From Wolbachia endosymbiont of Onchocerca ochengi (GTDB lineage: Bacteria; Pseudomonadota; Alphaproteobacteria; Rickettsiales; Anaplasmataceae): a DNA stretch of 32,000 nt. Where the stretch lies: contig NC_018267.1 of the NCBI RefSeq assembly GCF_000306885.1, positions 600,001 through 632,000 of the forward strand, read 5' to 3'. Positions 21,184 through 31,187 of the stretch are shown piece after piece; the first letter of the stretch is position 1, and each line of letters starts with the position of its first letter. The translations under genes and the position numbers were made by a program. Below the pieces are notes generated by a model. That model searched no databases and was not told the origin of the DNA. It saw only the letters and a list, made by a program, of their open reading frames with translations.

Positions 21184-22011
21184 AACAAACTCTGCCATTC
21201 TCTTTATTATGAGAATAAGAGTATTTAATTATCTTCAATCTATATAAGTTGAGCAACGAAAGTATTATATAGCTGGTATCTTACATTTAATTTTGTATGC
21301 TATGTATACTTTATGTCTTCATTAAGTTTCATGATTTTATTACTATATAAGTTAAAGCACGCCTATAAAGTATTCAAGACAGTATAGAACATCACCTTAT
21401 AGGGTAAGAAGAAATAACTAGCTATTACGGGATTTCTTTTGTCTTCTTTCTCTATTTAGTAAATTCTTAATATTTAGAGTTGAAAATTGTATAAATGTTG
21501 CAATCATAAAATCAATTCCTACTAATGAGAAGTCATTTTAGCACTTCTATCACGTCATCTCAGTTGTTCTTATGGAATCATCTAAGTAGCTGATGATGAT
21601 GTCTAGTATGAAAAGTTATTATATTTATATAATTTATAAATGAACATAATAAAAAGTTCTACACAACGGAGTTTGGGAACATAAGAGCAAGGTTATTTTC
21701 AGCTTTACATTAAAGTATGATGTGTGGAAATTAGTTTCCTTTAAGGAATTTCAAAACGTGAACTCAGCTTTTAATAGAGAAAACTACTAAAAAGCTGGAG
21801 AAGAGAATTAAAAATTGATTTAATTGTGAAAGGAAAACTATATTAAGCTAATTTATATAAAAAAACATTAAGTAGAATTAAATCTTAGTGCTTAACGCTG
21901 GGATGAAAGAAGTCACCTGGATGACATTCTTCCTGACAAACTGAAATCACAATATTAGCACTACCTGTGAATGTACATTACATTACCTTAATCATATGTC
22001 TCATTTAGGAA

Positions 22012-22947
22012 TTAGTCAGTAACTACCTTATTTCTGCCATTATTTTTTGCCTTATATAAATACCTGTCAGCACGTACTATAAATTTTTTGATATTATCAA
22101 GGTCAGATTTTTGCATTTCTGTAATTCCAATGCTTACAGTTACATTATGAATTTTATTTTTGTCTGAAAACGTAAAAGGTTCCATAGCAATGATTTTACG
22201 TATCCTCTCAGCAACAACATACGCATCTGATATGCTAGCATCTGGCATTACAACAACAAATTCCTCGCCACCAAACCTAACTAGCAAATCTGTTACTCTT
22301 ATGTTTTCAGAAATTCTTTTTTGTATTTGCTTTAAAAGTTCATCGCCAGCACTATGCCCGAAATTGTCATTTACTACCTTGAAATAGTCTATATCAAGTA
22401 TCATAAGGGATAGCCTTTTATTCTTTTCTATAGAGTTCTTAACAAGGTTTCTTAAGTGTGTATCGAAATATCTCCTGTTATAACAGTTAGTTAATGGGTC
22501 CTTTATGGACATTTCCACGTTATTGAATAAGTTCATTCTTAAAGCGTCTTGATACCTCTTGTGTTTCACTTGTAAATTAATTCTTGCTATCAATTCACTT
22601 TCATCTAAAGGCACTGTTAAGTAATCATTAGCACCAACGTCGAGCGCTTTTACTAAGTTACTTTTATCGTGATCTTCAGAAAGAATCAGAATAGGTGTAT
22701 AACGTGTTTCTACTTTACTGCGAAACTCGGAACATAAACGTAGGCCATTGGTTCTCGAAAATTGCATGTCCGAAATGATTAGATCATAATTATCTTTAAT
22801 ACTAACCTTTAATGCTTCAGTTGGATCATTTAGTATTTTAATCAACCTAAAGCGTTGTTTCAGTACATTATATATCTGCTCTGTCTGAAAGATATCCTCA
22901 TCTATAACAAGTATGTTAGCATCAAAAATTAGGTTGGAATAACTCAT
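22012..22947 (-). CDS. Receiver-like domain plus diguanylate cyclase (GGDEF) domain, C-terminal part of PleD
   Basis: NILVIDEDIFQTEQIYNVL ... DLIISDMQF ... DYLTVPLDESEL; GGDEF: DPLTNCYNRRYFD, LMILDIDYFKVVNDNFGHSAGDELL, RVTDLLVRFGGEEFVVVMPD, VTVSIGI. Confidence 0.92.
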   Translation of the reverse strand: MSYSNLIFDANILVIDEDIFQTEQIYNVLKQRFRLIKILNDPTEALKVSIKDNYDLIISDMQFSRTNGLRLCSEFRSKVETRYTPILILSEDHDKSNLVKALDVGANDYLTVPLDESELIARINLQVKHKRYQDALRMNLFNNVEMSIKDPLTNCYNRRYFDTHLRNLVKNSIEKNKRLSLMILDIDYFKVVNDNFGHSAGDELLKQIQKRISENIRVTDLLVRFGGEEFVVVMPDASISDAYVVAERIRKIIAMEPFTFSDKNKIHNVTVSIGITEMQKSDLDNIKKFIVRADRYLYKAKNNGRNKVVTD

Positions 22948-22981
22948 GATACTATTCCCTTCTGCCAGATTAATCTTAGCA

Positions 22982-23389
22982 TTAGTTTCTCTCTCTTAAA
23001 CGCAATTCATCTATTATTATCTTTAGGTGTGTAAGAGACTTAATTCGTGCAGACAGAGCAATTTCATCTATTGGTTTAGTTAGAAAGTTATCTGCACCAG
23101 TGTTAGTACCTTTCACTCTATCGTGAGTATTATGCAGTGCAGTTACCGTAATTATTGGAATATGAGTTATTAAGAGATTACTCTTTAGGTTCTTACAAAC
23201 TTCAAAGCCATTTATTTTTGGCATCATGGTATTAAGCAATATAATATCTGGTTGTTGCTTTGCTACTAAGTCTATAGCTTCTTTACCATCATGAGCTACA
23301 ATAACTGCATAGTACTCAGCTTTTAGTCGAGCTTCTAAAAGCTGAACATTGGATAGTATATCATCTACTACCAGTATCTTCGCTGTCAT
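22982..23389 (-). CDS. Receiver (REC) domain, N-terminal part of PleD
   Basis: AKILVVDDILSNVQLLEARLKAEYYAVIVAHDGKEAIDLVAKQQPDIILLNTMMPKINGFEVCKNLKS ... TVTAL ... FLTKPIDE. Confidence 0.9.
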   Translation of the reverse strand: MTAKILVVDDILSNVQLLEARLKAEYYAVIVAHDGKEAIDLVAKQQPDIILLNTMMPKINGFEVCKNLKSNLLITHIPIITVTALHNTHDRVKGTNTGADNFLTKPIDEIALSARIKSLTHLKIIIDELRLRERN

Positions 23390-23660
23390 TATCTTTAGAT
23401 ATATTATCTATATTGTAACTAGGATAAAACTTGCCATTTTTACCAACTATGTAATTCACTTTTTCAATATCATGCTTTTTATAATATAAGTCTTCGATTC
23501 CAGTATTTTTTAACAAATTTCTAGTTCTTGACTTTATAATTATAAAATATCTATATATACTTCTAATAAAACTAATAAATACAGGTACTTTACTTTTATC
23601 AAGAACAATTATACCCACTAAAGCTACAACTAAAATTTCTGGAAGACCTATGCTAAACAT
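23361..23660 (-). CDS. TatA/TatB-like twin-arginine translocase subunit (probably TatB-type)
   Basis: MFSIGLPEILVVALVGIIVLDKSKVPVFISFIRSIYRYF: N-terminal TM helix followed by an amphipathic region as in TatB, though divergent. Confidence 0.65.
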   Translation of the reverse strand: MFSIGLPEILVVALVGIIVLDKSKVPVFISFIRSIYRYFIIIKSRTRNLLKNTGIEDLYYKKHDIEKVNYIVGKNGKFYPSYNIDNISKDNDSEDTGSR

Positions 23661-23665
23661 TTTTC

Positions 23666-26600
23666 CTATGAGGCAAGTACTTTGATTCTTTTAATTATAA
23701 ATATTAATCTGCTTAAATCAAGTTTAGAAGCAACCATTTCGTCTAGGAAGCTATTGTAACGTTCTATGTAACCTATATCATCACGGGCCCAAGTTTGAAC
23801 CTTATTTTCACAGTCATTAGTAAATTTTATAACTTTAATAGCTAACTTATAGTGATAATTGCTTAAATCATCCAATAAGTCATTGATTAAGCTACGATCC
23901 CAATAAGAAGAACGATTTTTCATCTTAATGGCAATTGTTCTAATCAGATCGAATCTTAGTAGCGATTTTAGCTCAAAGTATATTTTACCAACATCAAGAA
24001 TAGATAAAGATGTTTGTTCAGAAATGAGTATAATGTCCAATGCATAGGCTAAAATGCATAAGTCAGCAACTTTCTTAGCTAGATCTTTATCTATATTAAG
24101 TTCTATTAAAGAAACGGATCCATAACGATAGTTTTCCAACAGATGTTCATCTAAAACATGAGTTAAGTTTTGGCTTAAAGTTTCAATTGCATTCTTAAAC
24201 TTTGTAACATCATCCAAATTTATAAAGCTAAGTTTATCTAGATTTTTTACTAACCAAAATGATACCCTGCCAATGAACTTTTGCACACTTCTTACCACTT
24301 GCAAGTATGAGTTAACATCAATTTTTTCATCTAATTCATCAATTTTTCGCCATAAGCTACTTAAATCATATAGGTGATTAACAATAATATATAAATTAAC
24401 TGCTTCGTACACCTTAATTCCAGTTTTCTCAACTAGATTATTAATAAATATACACCCCATCCTATTCACTACATCATTTGCAATGCAAGTAGAAACAATT
24501 TCTCTGCGTAATTGGTGTTTCAATATGAAATTCCTGAACTCTGTTACTATTTTTTGTGGAAAATAACTTAGTAAGTAATCATGACAAAAGGAATCCTTTT
24601 CAGGTAGGTCAGAGTGTATAATTTCACTTTTTATTGCTGTTCTAGTATAAGACATGAGAATAGCAAGTTGAGGAGAGCTAAAGCCCTCTGCTTCAGTCAA
24701 CATTTTTGCTATTTCCTCATCAGCTGGAAGGAATTCTATACTTCTTTCTAACAATCCAGATTTTTCCAAATTGAGCAATAACCTATGGTGCTGTTCCAAC
24801 CTTTCCTTAGCTTGCAAGCATTCAAGGAGTAATGCTTTTGTTTCAATTCTATTGTGGTCTTCAAGCACCTTAGATGCAACTTCATCTACCATGCTAGCCA
24901 GTATTTCATTTCTTTTTTTCAAAGAAATACCACCTTCTTTCATAATTGAAACAAATGCAATTTTGATGTTAACTTCAAGGTCGGAACATATTACTCCTGC
25001 TGAATTATCAATAAAATCTGCATTGATGTACCCACCGCTTTTAGCATATTCTATTCTTCCAAGCTGTGTGCAACCAAGATTACCACCTTCTATGAACATA
25101 GAAGCTCTAATATCTCTGCCATTTACTCTTAATTCATCGTTTGTTTTATCACCAACTACGTTATGGCTTTCACTTTTTGCTTTAACAAATGTACCAATTC
25201 CTCCATTCCATATCAAATCTACCTCTGCCTTTAACAAATATCGGATTAAGCTGTTTGGGGATAATACATTTTCTGTTATACCAAAGCATTTTTTCATTTC
25301 TTGAGAAACGTTTATCTGTTTACTGCTACGCTCAAACACTCCTCCACCTTGAGAGATCAAACCTTTGTTATAATCCATCCAAGTTGAAAATGGTAACTTA
25401 AAAAGACGCTTACGCTCTGTGAAACTATTTTTTACATCAGGGTTTGGATCGATGAAAATGTGCATATGGTTGAATGCGCCAATCAAACGCACATTTCTTG
25501 AAAGCAGCATGCCATTTCCAAATAGATCGCCAGCCATATCTCCAATCCCAATAACAGAGACATCTTGATAAATATTTTTGTTCATCTTCCAAAAATGCCT
25601 TTGTGCTGCAATCCACGCACCTCTGGCTGTGATACCCATCTTTTTATGATCATAACCAGCTGATCCACCGGATGCAAATGCATCACCAAGCCAAAAATGA
25701 TATTCAGAGGCTATTTGGTTAGCATAATCAGAAAATGAAGCAGTACCTTTATCTGCCGCAACTACTAAGTATGGATCATCTTCATCATACCTAATCACAT
25801 TTTTTGGTGGAATTATTTTATCATCAACTATATTATCAGTAATATCAAGCATTCCTTTGATAAAATCCTTATAACACTCAATACCTTTTTTTCTTAAAGA
25901 ATTTCTGTCTTTATAGACTTTCTTTATTATAAACCCACCTTTTGCACCAACAGGAACAATAACTGCATTTTTTGTCATTTGAGCTTTCATAAGCCCTAAA
26001 ACTTCAGTGCGAAAATCTTCTGTTCTATCTGACCATCTTAGACCACCACGTGCTAATTTTCCTCCTCTTAAATGGATTCCCTCAAAGAGGTTTGAGTAAA
26101 CATATAATTCACGGTATGGGTGCGGATTAGGTAAACCGTTTATTTTATTTGAATCAAACTTTGTAGATAAGTAAGGTTTATCGTTCTGATAATAACTGGT
26201 TCTCAAAATAGACATTATCAAGTTAAATATGGAACGTAAAACATAATCATGTGAAACATTGCTGACTTTCTTTAGAAGTTCTTCAATTTTTTCTTTGAAG
26301 ATATTAGTAGTTTCTACTCTATCGATATCTATGTTAGGGTCAAATCTTACATGAAACAGTTGTATCAAATACTTTACTATTTTTGGATGCTCTGAGACCA
26401 CTTTTTGAATATATCCAGGGTTATAGTTAAATGATATTTGCTTTAGGTAAGCGCTTAACGCTCTAATTAGAAGCACTTCTTTCCACTTCAGCCCAGCAAT
26501 AATAATTAAGCTATTAAAATAGTCATTTTTGATTTCTCTACTGAATACTTTTGTAAGTGTCACCTCGAACTGCTCTTTTAGAGTGATATTATTTATTAAT

Positions 26601-28414
26601 TCATCGACTCTTGATAACACAAAATGGTGTATCCACATTCCATCATTAATTTCTACGTAATAACTATTATGAGATAGGATCTTTGTTCCCAAATTCTTAG
26701 TAATTTTTAATATTTTCGATAATTCAAGTCCCCCGTTGCTTGGAGTGTAAACCTTTAATTGATAATTAAGATTGTCATGAGTAAGCCTTAGATCAACCTC
26801 ACTTATTCCTTTCCTTCTTACTGTTTCCAATTTCTTCATATCATAATATGCACTGTGAGGTTCAAAACTCTCCTGATAGCTTATTGGAAATGCTTTGCAG
26901 TAACGGATGAATATATCTTCGACAGTATTGAAAGTGCTATATAGATTATCTATAAAACGATCTTCCCACTTTTCTGTGATGTTTCTTAATTTGTTTTCGA
27001 TGTGCAAAATTTTATCGTCAAGGACACTAACATTTTTAGTCTTTAGGACTACATGTAATTTCATTAAATCATATTCATTGATAATGTGGTTGTTGTAAAT
27101 ATCTGAACTTTCCGCACTTGTCTCATTTTTCAATATATCACGTATTTTGAACATTAACCTGGCACTAGCATATCGCATTGGTATTAGTATTATACAACTA
27201 ATAAAATTTCCTACTTTTCTTAAAAAGAGTTTAACTCTTGGCCTAATTGCAAGGGACATAATTGAAGTACAAATCTTAAATAACTCGTCTTCATTTAACT
27301 GGAATAATTCGTCACAAGAGAATGCTTGTAAAATAGAAACTAAAGCCTTATTATTGTGCCCACCAGGCACAAATCCTGTTTTTTTCTCTATTGCTTTGAC
27401 TTTACTTTTTACTATCGGAATAATGCGAATGTCTTGAACCTCTGCTACTGAAGTAAATAACCCAAAAAAATATCGCTCTTTTACCACGTTACCATGATCA
27501 TCTAATTCTTTCATTCCTATACAATTCATGTATGTACGTCGATGAACTATTGAGATCAGATCTGACCTTACTATGTACAAATTCAAATTCTCAGAAGAAA
27601 CAGAAGAACTTTGGTATTCTTTGCTTACTCTCATTAAACCAAGATTTTTCTCATCACTAGAAACAAGTTTGCCATCTTTATCAGCAATGCGCTCTTGGTA
27701 ACCTAAAAATAAAAAATTATTATTTTGCAACCAATTTAGAAAATCTACAACTTGATTAGTAGTGTGTGACGATCGAATATGGACCTTGATACCTGTTGCC
27801 TGAACGACAGAACAAAGTTCATTTTTCACTTCGTCTATCTTCTGGAGCATCAGAAGCCAATCTTTTACAACACAATTAACCGCTTTCAGTGTTTTTCGTA
27901 GAGATTCTTTTAGAGTGTTAACAAAACTATCACTTATACCCTTAATAATTACGTATATTACTGACTCCTTTACACCATTATTCTCTTCTAAATCGTAAAT
28001 CTCATCAATCAGTCCACTTTTTCTTTTAATATTAATTATACTATTACTATAATAACATATAGTTAAATCGTGCGATTTAATAGTAGCAACAATAGAATCA
28101 ACTAGAAAAGGCATGTCGTCACTCGTTATTTTAACTACAGTAAAATTGCCTTTTATTCCTGGTATATCATTTATATTATTTATCTTCAATTTGCTTTTTT
28201 CTTTTTCCTTTTTGAGGATGAAGTTGTATGCGTCCTTTGCAATGTACAAAAGGAACCTATCATTAACCTTTAAATCACTATTGTAAATAAAACTATAAAA
28301 GTATTTTATAAATTCTTTAATTTTTTCTTTTTCTTTTTTGTTCTCTTGATTAATCAGCTTGAATAAAGATTCAGTGTCAACATTATTATCTATATGCATT
28401 TTTTTATGCAACAC
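23666..28414 (-). CDS. Large NAD-specific glutamate dehydrogenase
   Basis: 1582 aa; VDSIVATI, GVHLRGGKLARGGLRWSDR-like segment, KNAVIVPVGAKGGFI, VVAADKGTASFSDYAN, DLIWNGGIGTFVK, GGNLGCTQLGRIEYAKSGG are typical of the alphaproteobacterial large NAD-GDH. Confidence 0.95.
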   Translation of the reverse strand: MLHKKMHIDNNVDTESLFKLINQENKKEKEKIKEFIKYFYSFIYNSDLKVNDRFLLYIAKDAYNFILKKEKEKSKLKINNINDIPGIKGNFTVVKITSDDMPFLVDSIVATIKSHDLTICYYSNSIINIKRKSGLIDEIYDLEENNGVKESVIYVIIKGISDSFVNTLKESLRKTLKAVNCVVKDWLLMLQKIDEVKNELCSVVQATGIKVHIRSSHTTNQVVDFLNWLQNNNFLFLGYQERIADKDGKLVSSDEKNLGLMRVSKEYQSSSVSSENLNLYIVRSDLISIVHRRTYMNCIGMKELDDHGNVVKERYFFGLFTSVAEVQDIRIIPIVKSKVKAIEKKTGFVPGGHNNKALVSILQAFSCDELFQLNEDELFKICTSIMSLAIRPRVKLFLRKVGNFISCIILIPMRYASARLMFKIRDILKNETSAESSDIYNNHIINEYDLMKLHVVLKTKNVSVLDDKILHIENKLRNITEKWEDRFIDNLYSTFNTVEDIFIRYCKAFPISYQESFEPHSAYYDMKKLETVRRKGISEVDLRLTHDNLNYQLKVYTPSNGGLELSKILKITKNLGTKILSHNSYYVEINDGMWIHHFVLSRVDELINNITLKEQFEVTLTKVFSREIKNDYFNSLIIIAGLKWKEVLLIRALSAYLKQISFNYNPGYIQKVVSEHPKIVKYLIQLFHVRFDPNIDIDRVETTNIFKEKIEELLKKVSNVSHDYVLRSIFNLIMSILRTSYYQNDKPYLSTKFDSNKINGLPNPHPYRELYVYSNLFEGIHLRGGKLARGGLRWSDRTEDFRTEVLGLMKAQMTKNAVIVPVGAKGGFIIKKVYKDRNSLRKKGIECYKDFIKGMLDITDNIVDDKIIPPKNVIRYDEDDPYLVVAADKGTASFSDYANQIASEYHFWLGDAFASGGSAGYDHKKMGITARGAWIAAQRHFWKMNKNIYQDVSVIGIGDMAGDLFGNGMLLSRNVRLIGAFNHMHIFIDPNPDVKNSFTERKRLFKLPFSTWMDYNKGLISQGGGVFERSSKQINVSQEMKKCFGITENVLSPNSLIRYLLKAEVDLIWNGGIGTFVKAKSESHNVVGDKTNDELRVNGRDIRASMFIEGGNLGCTQLGRIEYAKSGGYINADFIDNSAGVICSDLEVNIKIAFVSIMKEGGISLKKRNEILASMVDEVASKVLEDHNRIETKALLLECLQAKERLEQHHRLLLNLEKSGLLERSIEFLPADEEIAKMLTEAEGFSSPQLAILMSYTRTAIKSEIIHSDLPEKDSFCHDYLLSYFPQKIVTEFRNFILKHQLRREIVSTCIANDVVNRMGCIFINNLVEKTGIKVYEAVNLYIIVNHLYDLSSLWRKIDELDEKIDVNSYLQVVRSVQKFIGRVSFWLVKNLDKLSFINLDDVTKFKNAIETLSQNLTHVLDEHLLENYRYGSVSLIELNIDKDLAKKVADLCILAYALDIILISEQTSLSILDVGKIYFELKSLLRFDLIRTIAIKMKNRSSYWDRSLINDLLDDLSNYHYKLAIKVIKFTNDCENKVQTWARDDIGYIERYNSFLDEMVASKLDLSRLIFIIKRIKVLAS

Positions 28415-28423
28415 ACAGCCACT

Positions 28424-30985
28424 TTAAACCTTTTTAATTAAGATTTCATTATTAAGAGCGTACACTATTAGCTCACTACCTTCTGTTACTTCTTCCGATA
28501 AAACTAGCTTGGCTAGATTATTTTGAATACATTCCTGTATTACTCTTTTTAGAGGTCTTGCTCCATATTCAGGGTCATAGCCAGTTTGTGCTATTAGTTC
28601 TTTAGCCTCCTGTGACAAACTTATACTTAGTTTAAGCTTAGCAAGCGTTTTTTGTAAATGAGAAAATTGAACATCTATTATTTGATAAATGTCGTCCTTG
28701 GTTAAACTATGGAATATAATAATTTCATCCAGTCTGTTTAAAAATTCTGGACGAAATGCTGACTTAACTATTTGCATTACTTCACTTTTTATAGAGTCAG
28801 CAACTCCCTTTAGCATTATCTCAGCGCCAAGGTTAGAAGTTAAAATTAGTATAGTATTGCGAAAATCAATCAATTTGCCATGGCTATCGGTTAGCCTACC
28901 TTCATCTAAAACCTGTAACAATAGGTTAAATATGTCAGGATTTGCCTTCTCTATTTCATCAAATAGAATTACTTGATATGGTCTCCTTCTTACTGCTTCG
29001 GTCAATCTTCCGCCTTGTTCATAGCCAACGTATCCTGGAGGTGCACCAATTAGCTTCGAGATGGAGTGTTTTTCCATATACTCAGACATATCAAAGCGCA
29101 GGGGTGTTCCTTGGTTGTCAAATAAGAACTCAGCAAGAACTTTCGCTAGTTCAGTTTTTCCAACTCCGGTTGGGCCCAAAAATAAAAATGAACCAAAGGG
29201 ACGATTAGTATCCTGTACGCCAGAGCGAGAGCGCCTAACCGCATTACTTATTGCTTCTATTGCATCTTTTTGTCCTACCACCCTTTTCCCTATTTCATTT
29301 TCCATGCTAAGAAGCTTTTCTTTTTCACTGTGCATCATACTATCAACTGGAATACCTGTCCATTTCGAAACAATATTTGCAATGTCGTTCTCAGCAACTT
29401 CTTTTTTTAGGAAACTATCAGTAACTTTCTCCTGATCTTTCAACTCATTTTCAAGCTGAGGAATTATACCATACATCAACTCCCCTGCTCTCCCTAAATT
29501 TCCACTGCGCTGAGCCAATTCTAACTCTTTTCTAGCGCTATCTAATTTTCCAGCTGTCTCTTGTATTCTAGCTATTTTACTCTTCTCCATCTGCCATTTG
29601 CTGTTCAAATCAGCAAATTTACTGTTTAGGTTTTCAATTTCTTCATTTATCTTCTTTAAACGCTGCTTAGAGTTTTCATCGTGTTCTCTTTTTAGAGCTT
29701 CTGACTCAATTTTCAACTGTATTATTTTCCTCTCAAGTTCGTCAATTACTTCAGGCTTGCTATCCATTTCAATTCTTACTCTGCTTGCTGCTTCATCAAT
29801 TAAGTCGATCGCCTTATCAGGTAAAAACCTGTCTGTTATATATCTATTGGACAACGTTGCAGCAGCAATTATTGCACCATCTGTGATTCTTATACCATGA
29901 TGCACTTCATACTTTTCTTTTAAACCTCTGAGTATTGAAATAGTATTAGCTTCAGTTGGTTGAGAGATAAACACAGGCTGAAAACGTCTTGCAAGTGCAG
30001 GATCTTTCTCTATATGCTCACGATACTCATCTAATGTTGTAGCTCCTATACAGTGAATTTCTCCACGTGCAAGAGCAGGCTTCAGTAAATTTGAAGCATC
30101 CATTGCACCACTTGTTGCTCCTGCTCCGGCTAAAGTATGAAGCTCATCTATAAACAAAATAACTTTCTCATCCGTTTTCAAAAGCTCATTAATAACTGCT
30201 TTTAGTCTTTCTTCAAACTCTCCTCTAAACTTTGTTCCAGCAATTAATGCGCCAAGATCTAATGCTAAGACCTTTGCATCGCGTAAACCAAGTGGCACAT
30301 CGTTTGTAACAATTCTGTTTGCTAATCCCTCAACTATCGCAGTTTTCCCAACACCAGGCTCACCTATTAGCACTGGATTATTCTTTGTTCGCCTAAGCGA
30401 TACCTGTATAGTTCTTCTAATTTCATCATCACGACCAATTACAGGATCAAGCTTGCCTTGCATAGCAAGCTCTGTAACATCCTTTGTATATTTCTTTGCT
30501 ACAGTCAACTTTCCCCTTATTCTTGGCGCGCCCGTACTGTTATCTCTCCTTGTTTCTGTAATAACTGAGTTCAATTTCTGCTGTGTAACACCGTTTTCTG
30601 TTAGAATTTTACCCACAGTATCACTCCTCTGTGCAGCTAAACTCTGCAGTAATTGCTCAACAGTAACAAATGTATCTTTATTCCTCCTAGCAATACTTAC
30701 TGAATCCTCAAAAACTCTTGCCATTTCTCTTGAAAGTTGAAGGCCACTGCTTCCTGGACCTTCAACTACTGGAAACTTTTTTAGTGCACTATTTGTAGCA
30801 TCAGAAATACTTTGTACATCCCCACCACAAGCTACTATTAAATCCTGAACTAAATCTGATTCATCTTCAAGCATTGCTTTTAGTAGATGCTCAGGCATAA
30901 AAACTTGATGTCCAGCTCCCAACGCTTTCATTTGAGCACTTTGGATTAAGCTCTTTGCTTTTTCGGTAAATTTATTCAAATCCAT
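28424..30985 (-). CDS. clpB: ATP-dependent chaperone ClpB
   Basis: 853 aa; two Walker A motifs ([25 protein letters not shown]), middle coiled coil, [31 protein letters not shown]. Confidence 0.98.
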   Translation of the reverse strand: MDLNKFTEKAKSLIQSAQMKALGAGHQVFMPEHLLKAMLEDESDLVQDLIVACGGDVQSISDATNSALKKFPVVEGPGSSGLQLSREMARVFEDSVSIARRNKDTFVTVEQLLQSLAAQRSDTVGKILTENGVTQQKLNSVITETRRDNSTGAPRIRGKLTVAKKYTKDVTELAMQGKLDPVIGRDDEIRRTIQVSLRRTKNNPVLIGEPGVGKTAIVEGLANRIVTNDVPLGLRDAKVLALDLGALIAGTKFRGEFEERLKAVINELLKTDEKVILFIDELHTLAGAGATSGAMDASNLLKPALARGEIHCIGATTLDEYREHIEKDPALARRFQPVFISQPTEANTISILRGLKEKYEVHHGIRITDGAIIAAATLSNRYITDRFLPDKAIDLIDEAASRVRIEMDSKPEVIDELERKIIQLKIESEALKREHDENSKQRLKKINEEIENLNSKFADLNSKWQMEKSKIARIQETAGKLDSARKELELAQRSGNLGRAGELMYGIIPQLENELKDQEKVTDSFLKKEVAENDIANIVSKWTGIPVDSMMHSEKEKLLSMENEIGKRVVGQKDAIEAISNAVRRSRSGVQDTNRPFGSFLFLGPTGVGKTELAKVLAEFLFDNQGTPLRFDMSEYMEKHSISKLIGAPPGYVGYEQGGRLTEAVRRRPYQVILFDEIEKANPDIFNLLLQVLDEGRLTDSHGKLIDFRNTILILTSNLGAEIMLKGVADSIKSEVMQIVKSAFRPEFLNRLDEIIIFHSLTKDDIYQIIDVQFSHLQKTLAKLKLSISLSQEAKELIAQTGYDPEYGARPLKRVIQECIQNNLAKLVLSEEVTEGSELIVYALNNEILIKKV

Positions 30986-31187
30986 AATATAAGTTTAGCT
31001 AACATTTACTAATATATATAGTAACTCCTTCCTTAATTTTAAACTGAAAACAGCTAACTAGGTAAAAATTTATCCTAATGTACACAACTTAAACTTTATA
31101 CGTATAATACTACTACTAAACTCCTGGAAATCACATAAAACCCAAGATTAATATTATATGTTGTGGCTAAAGCTCGTCAAGTATTTT

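Larger units (their letters stand above)
22012..23389 (-). pseudogene. pleD: PleD-like response regulator (REC-REC-GGDEF) split by an apparent frameshift into 22982-23389 (REC1) and 22012-22947 (REC2-GGDEF)
   Basis: REC1 ORF ends ...IDELRLRERN*; the downstream frame is open upstream of its ATG (ERETNAKINLAEGNSIMSYSNLIFDANILVIDED...), so a single-base change in the agagagagaaac run (about 22987-22997) would restore one full-length PleD. Both pieces could still be translated separately. Confidence 0.7.

Noticed and set aside
24771-30740. Series of plus-strand ORFs (e.g. 24771-25304, 27147-27437, 28942-29435, 30453-30740)
   Set aside because: All lie antisense to the intact NAD-glutamate dehydrogenase and clpB genes; compositional shadows of those coding sequences.
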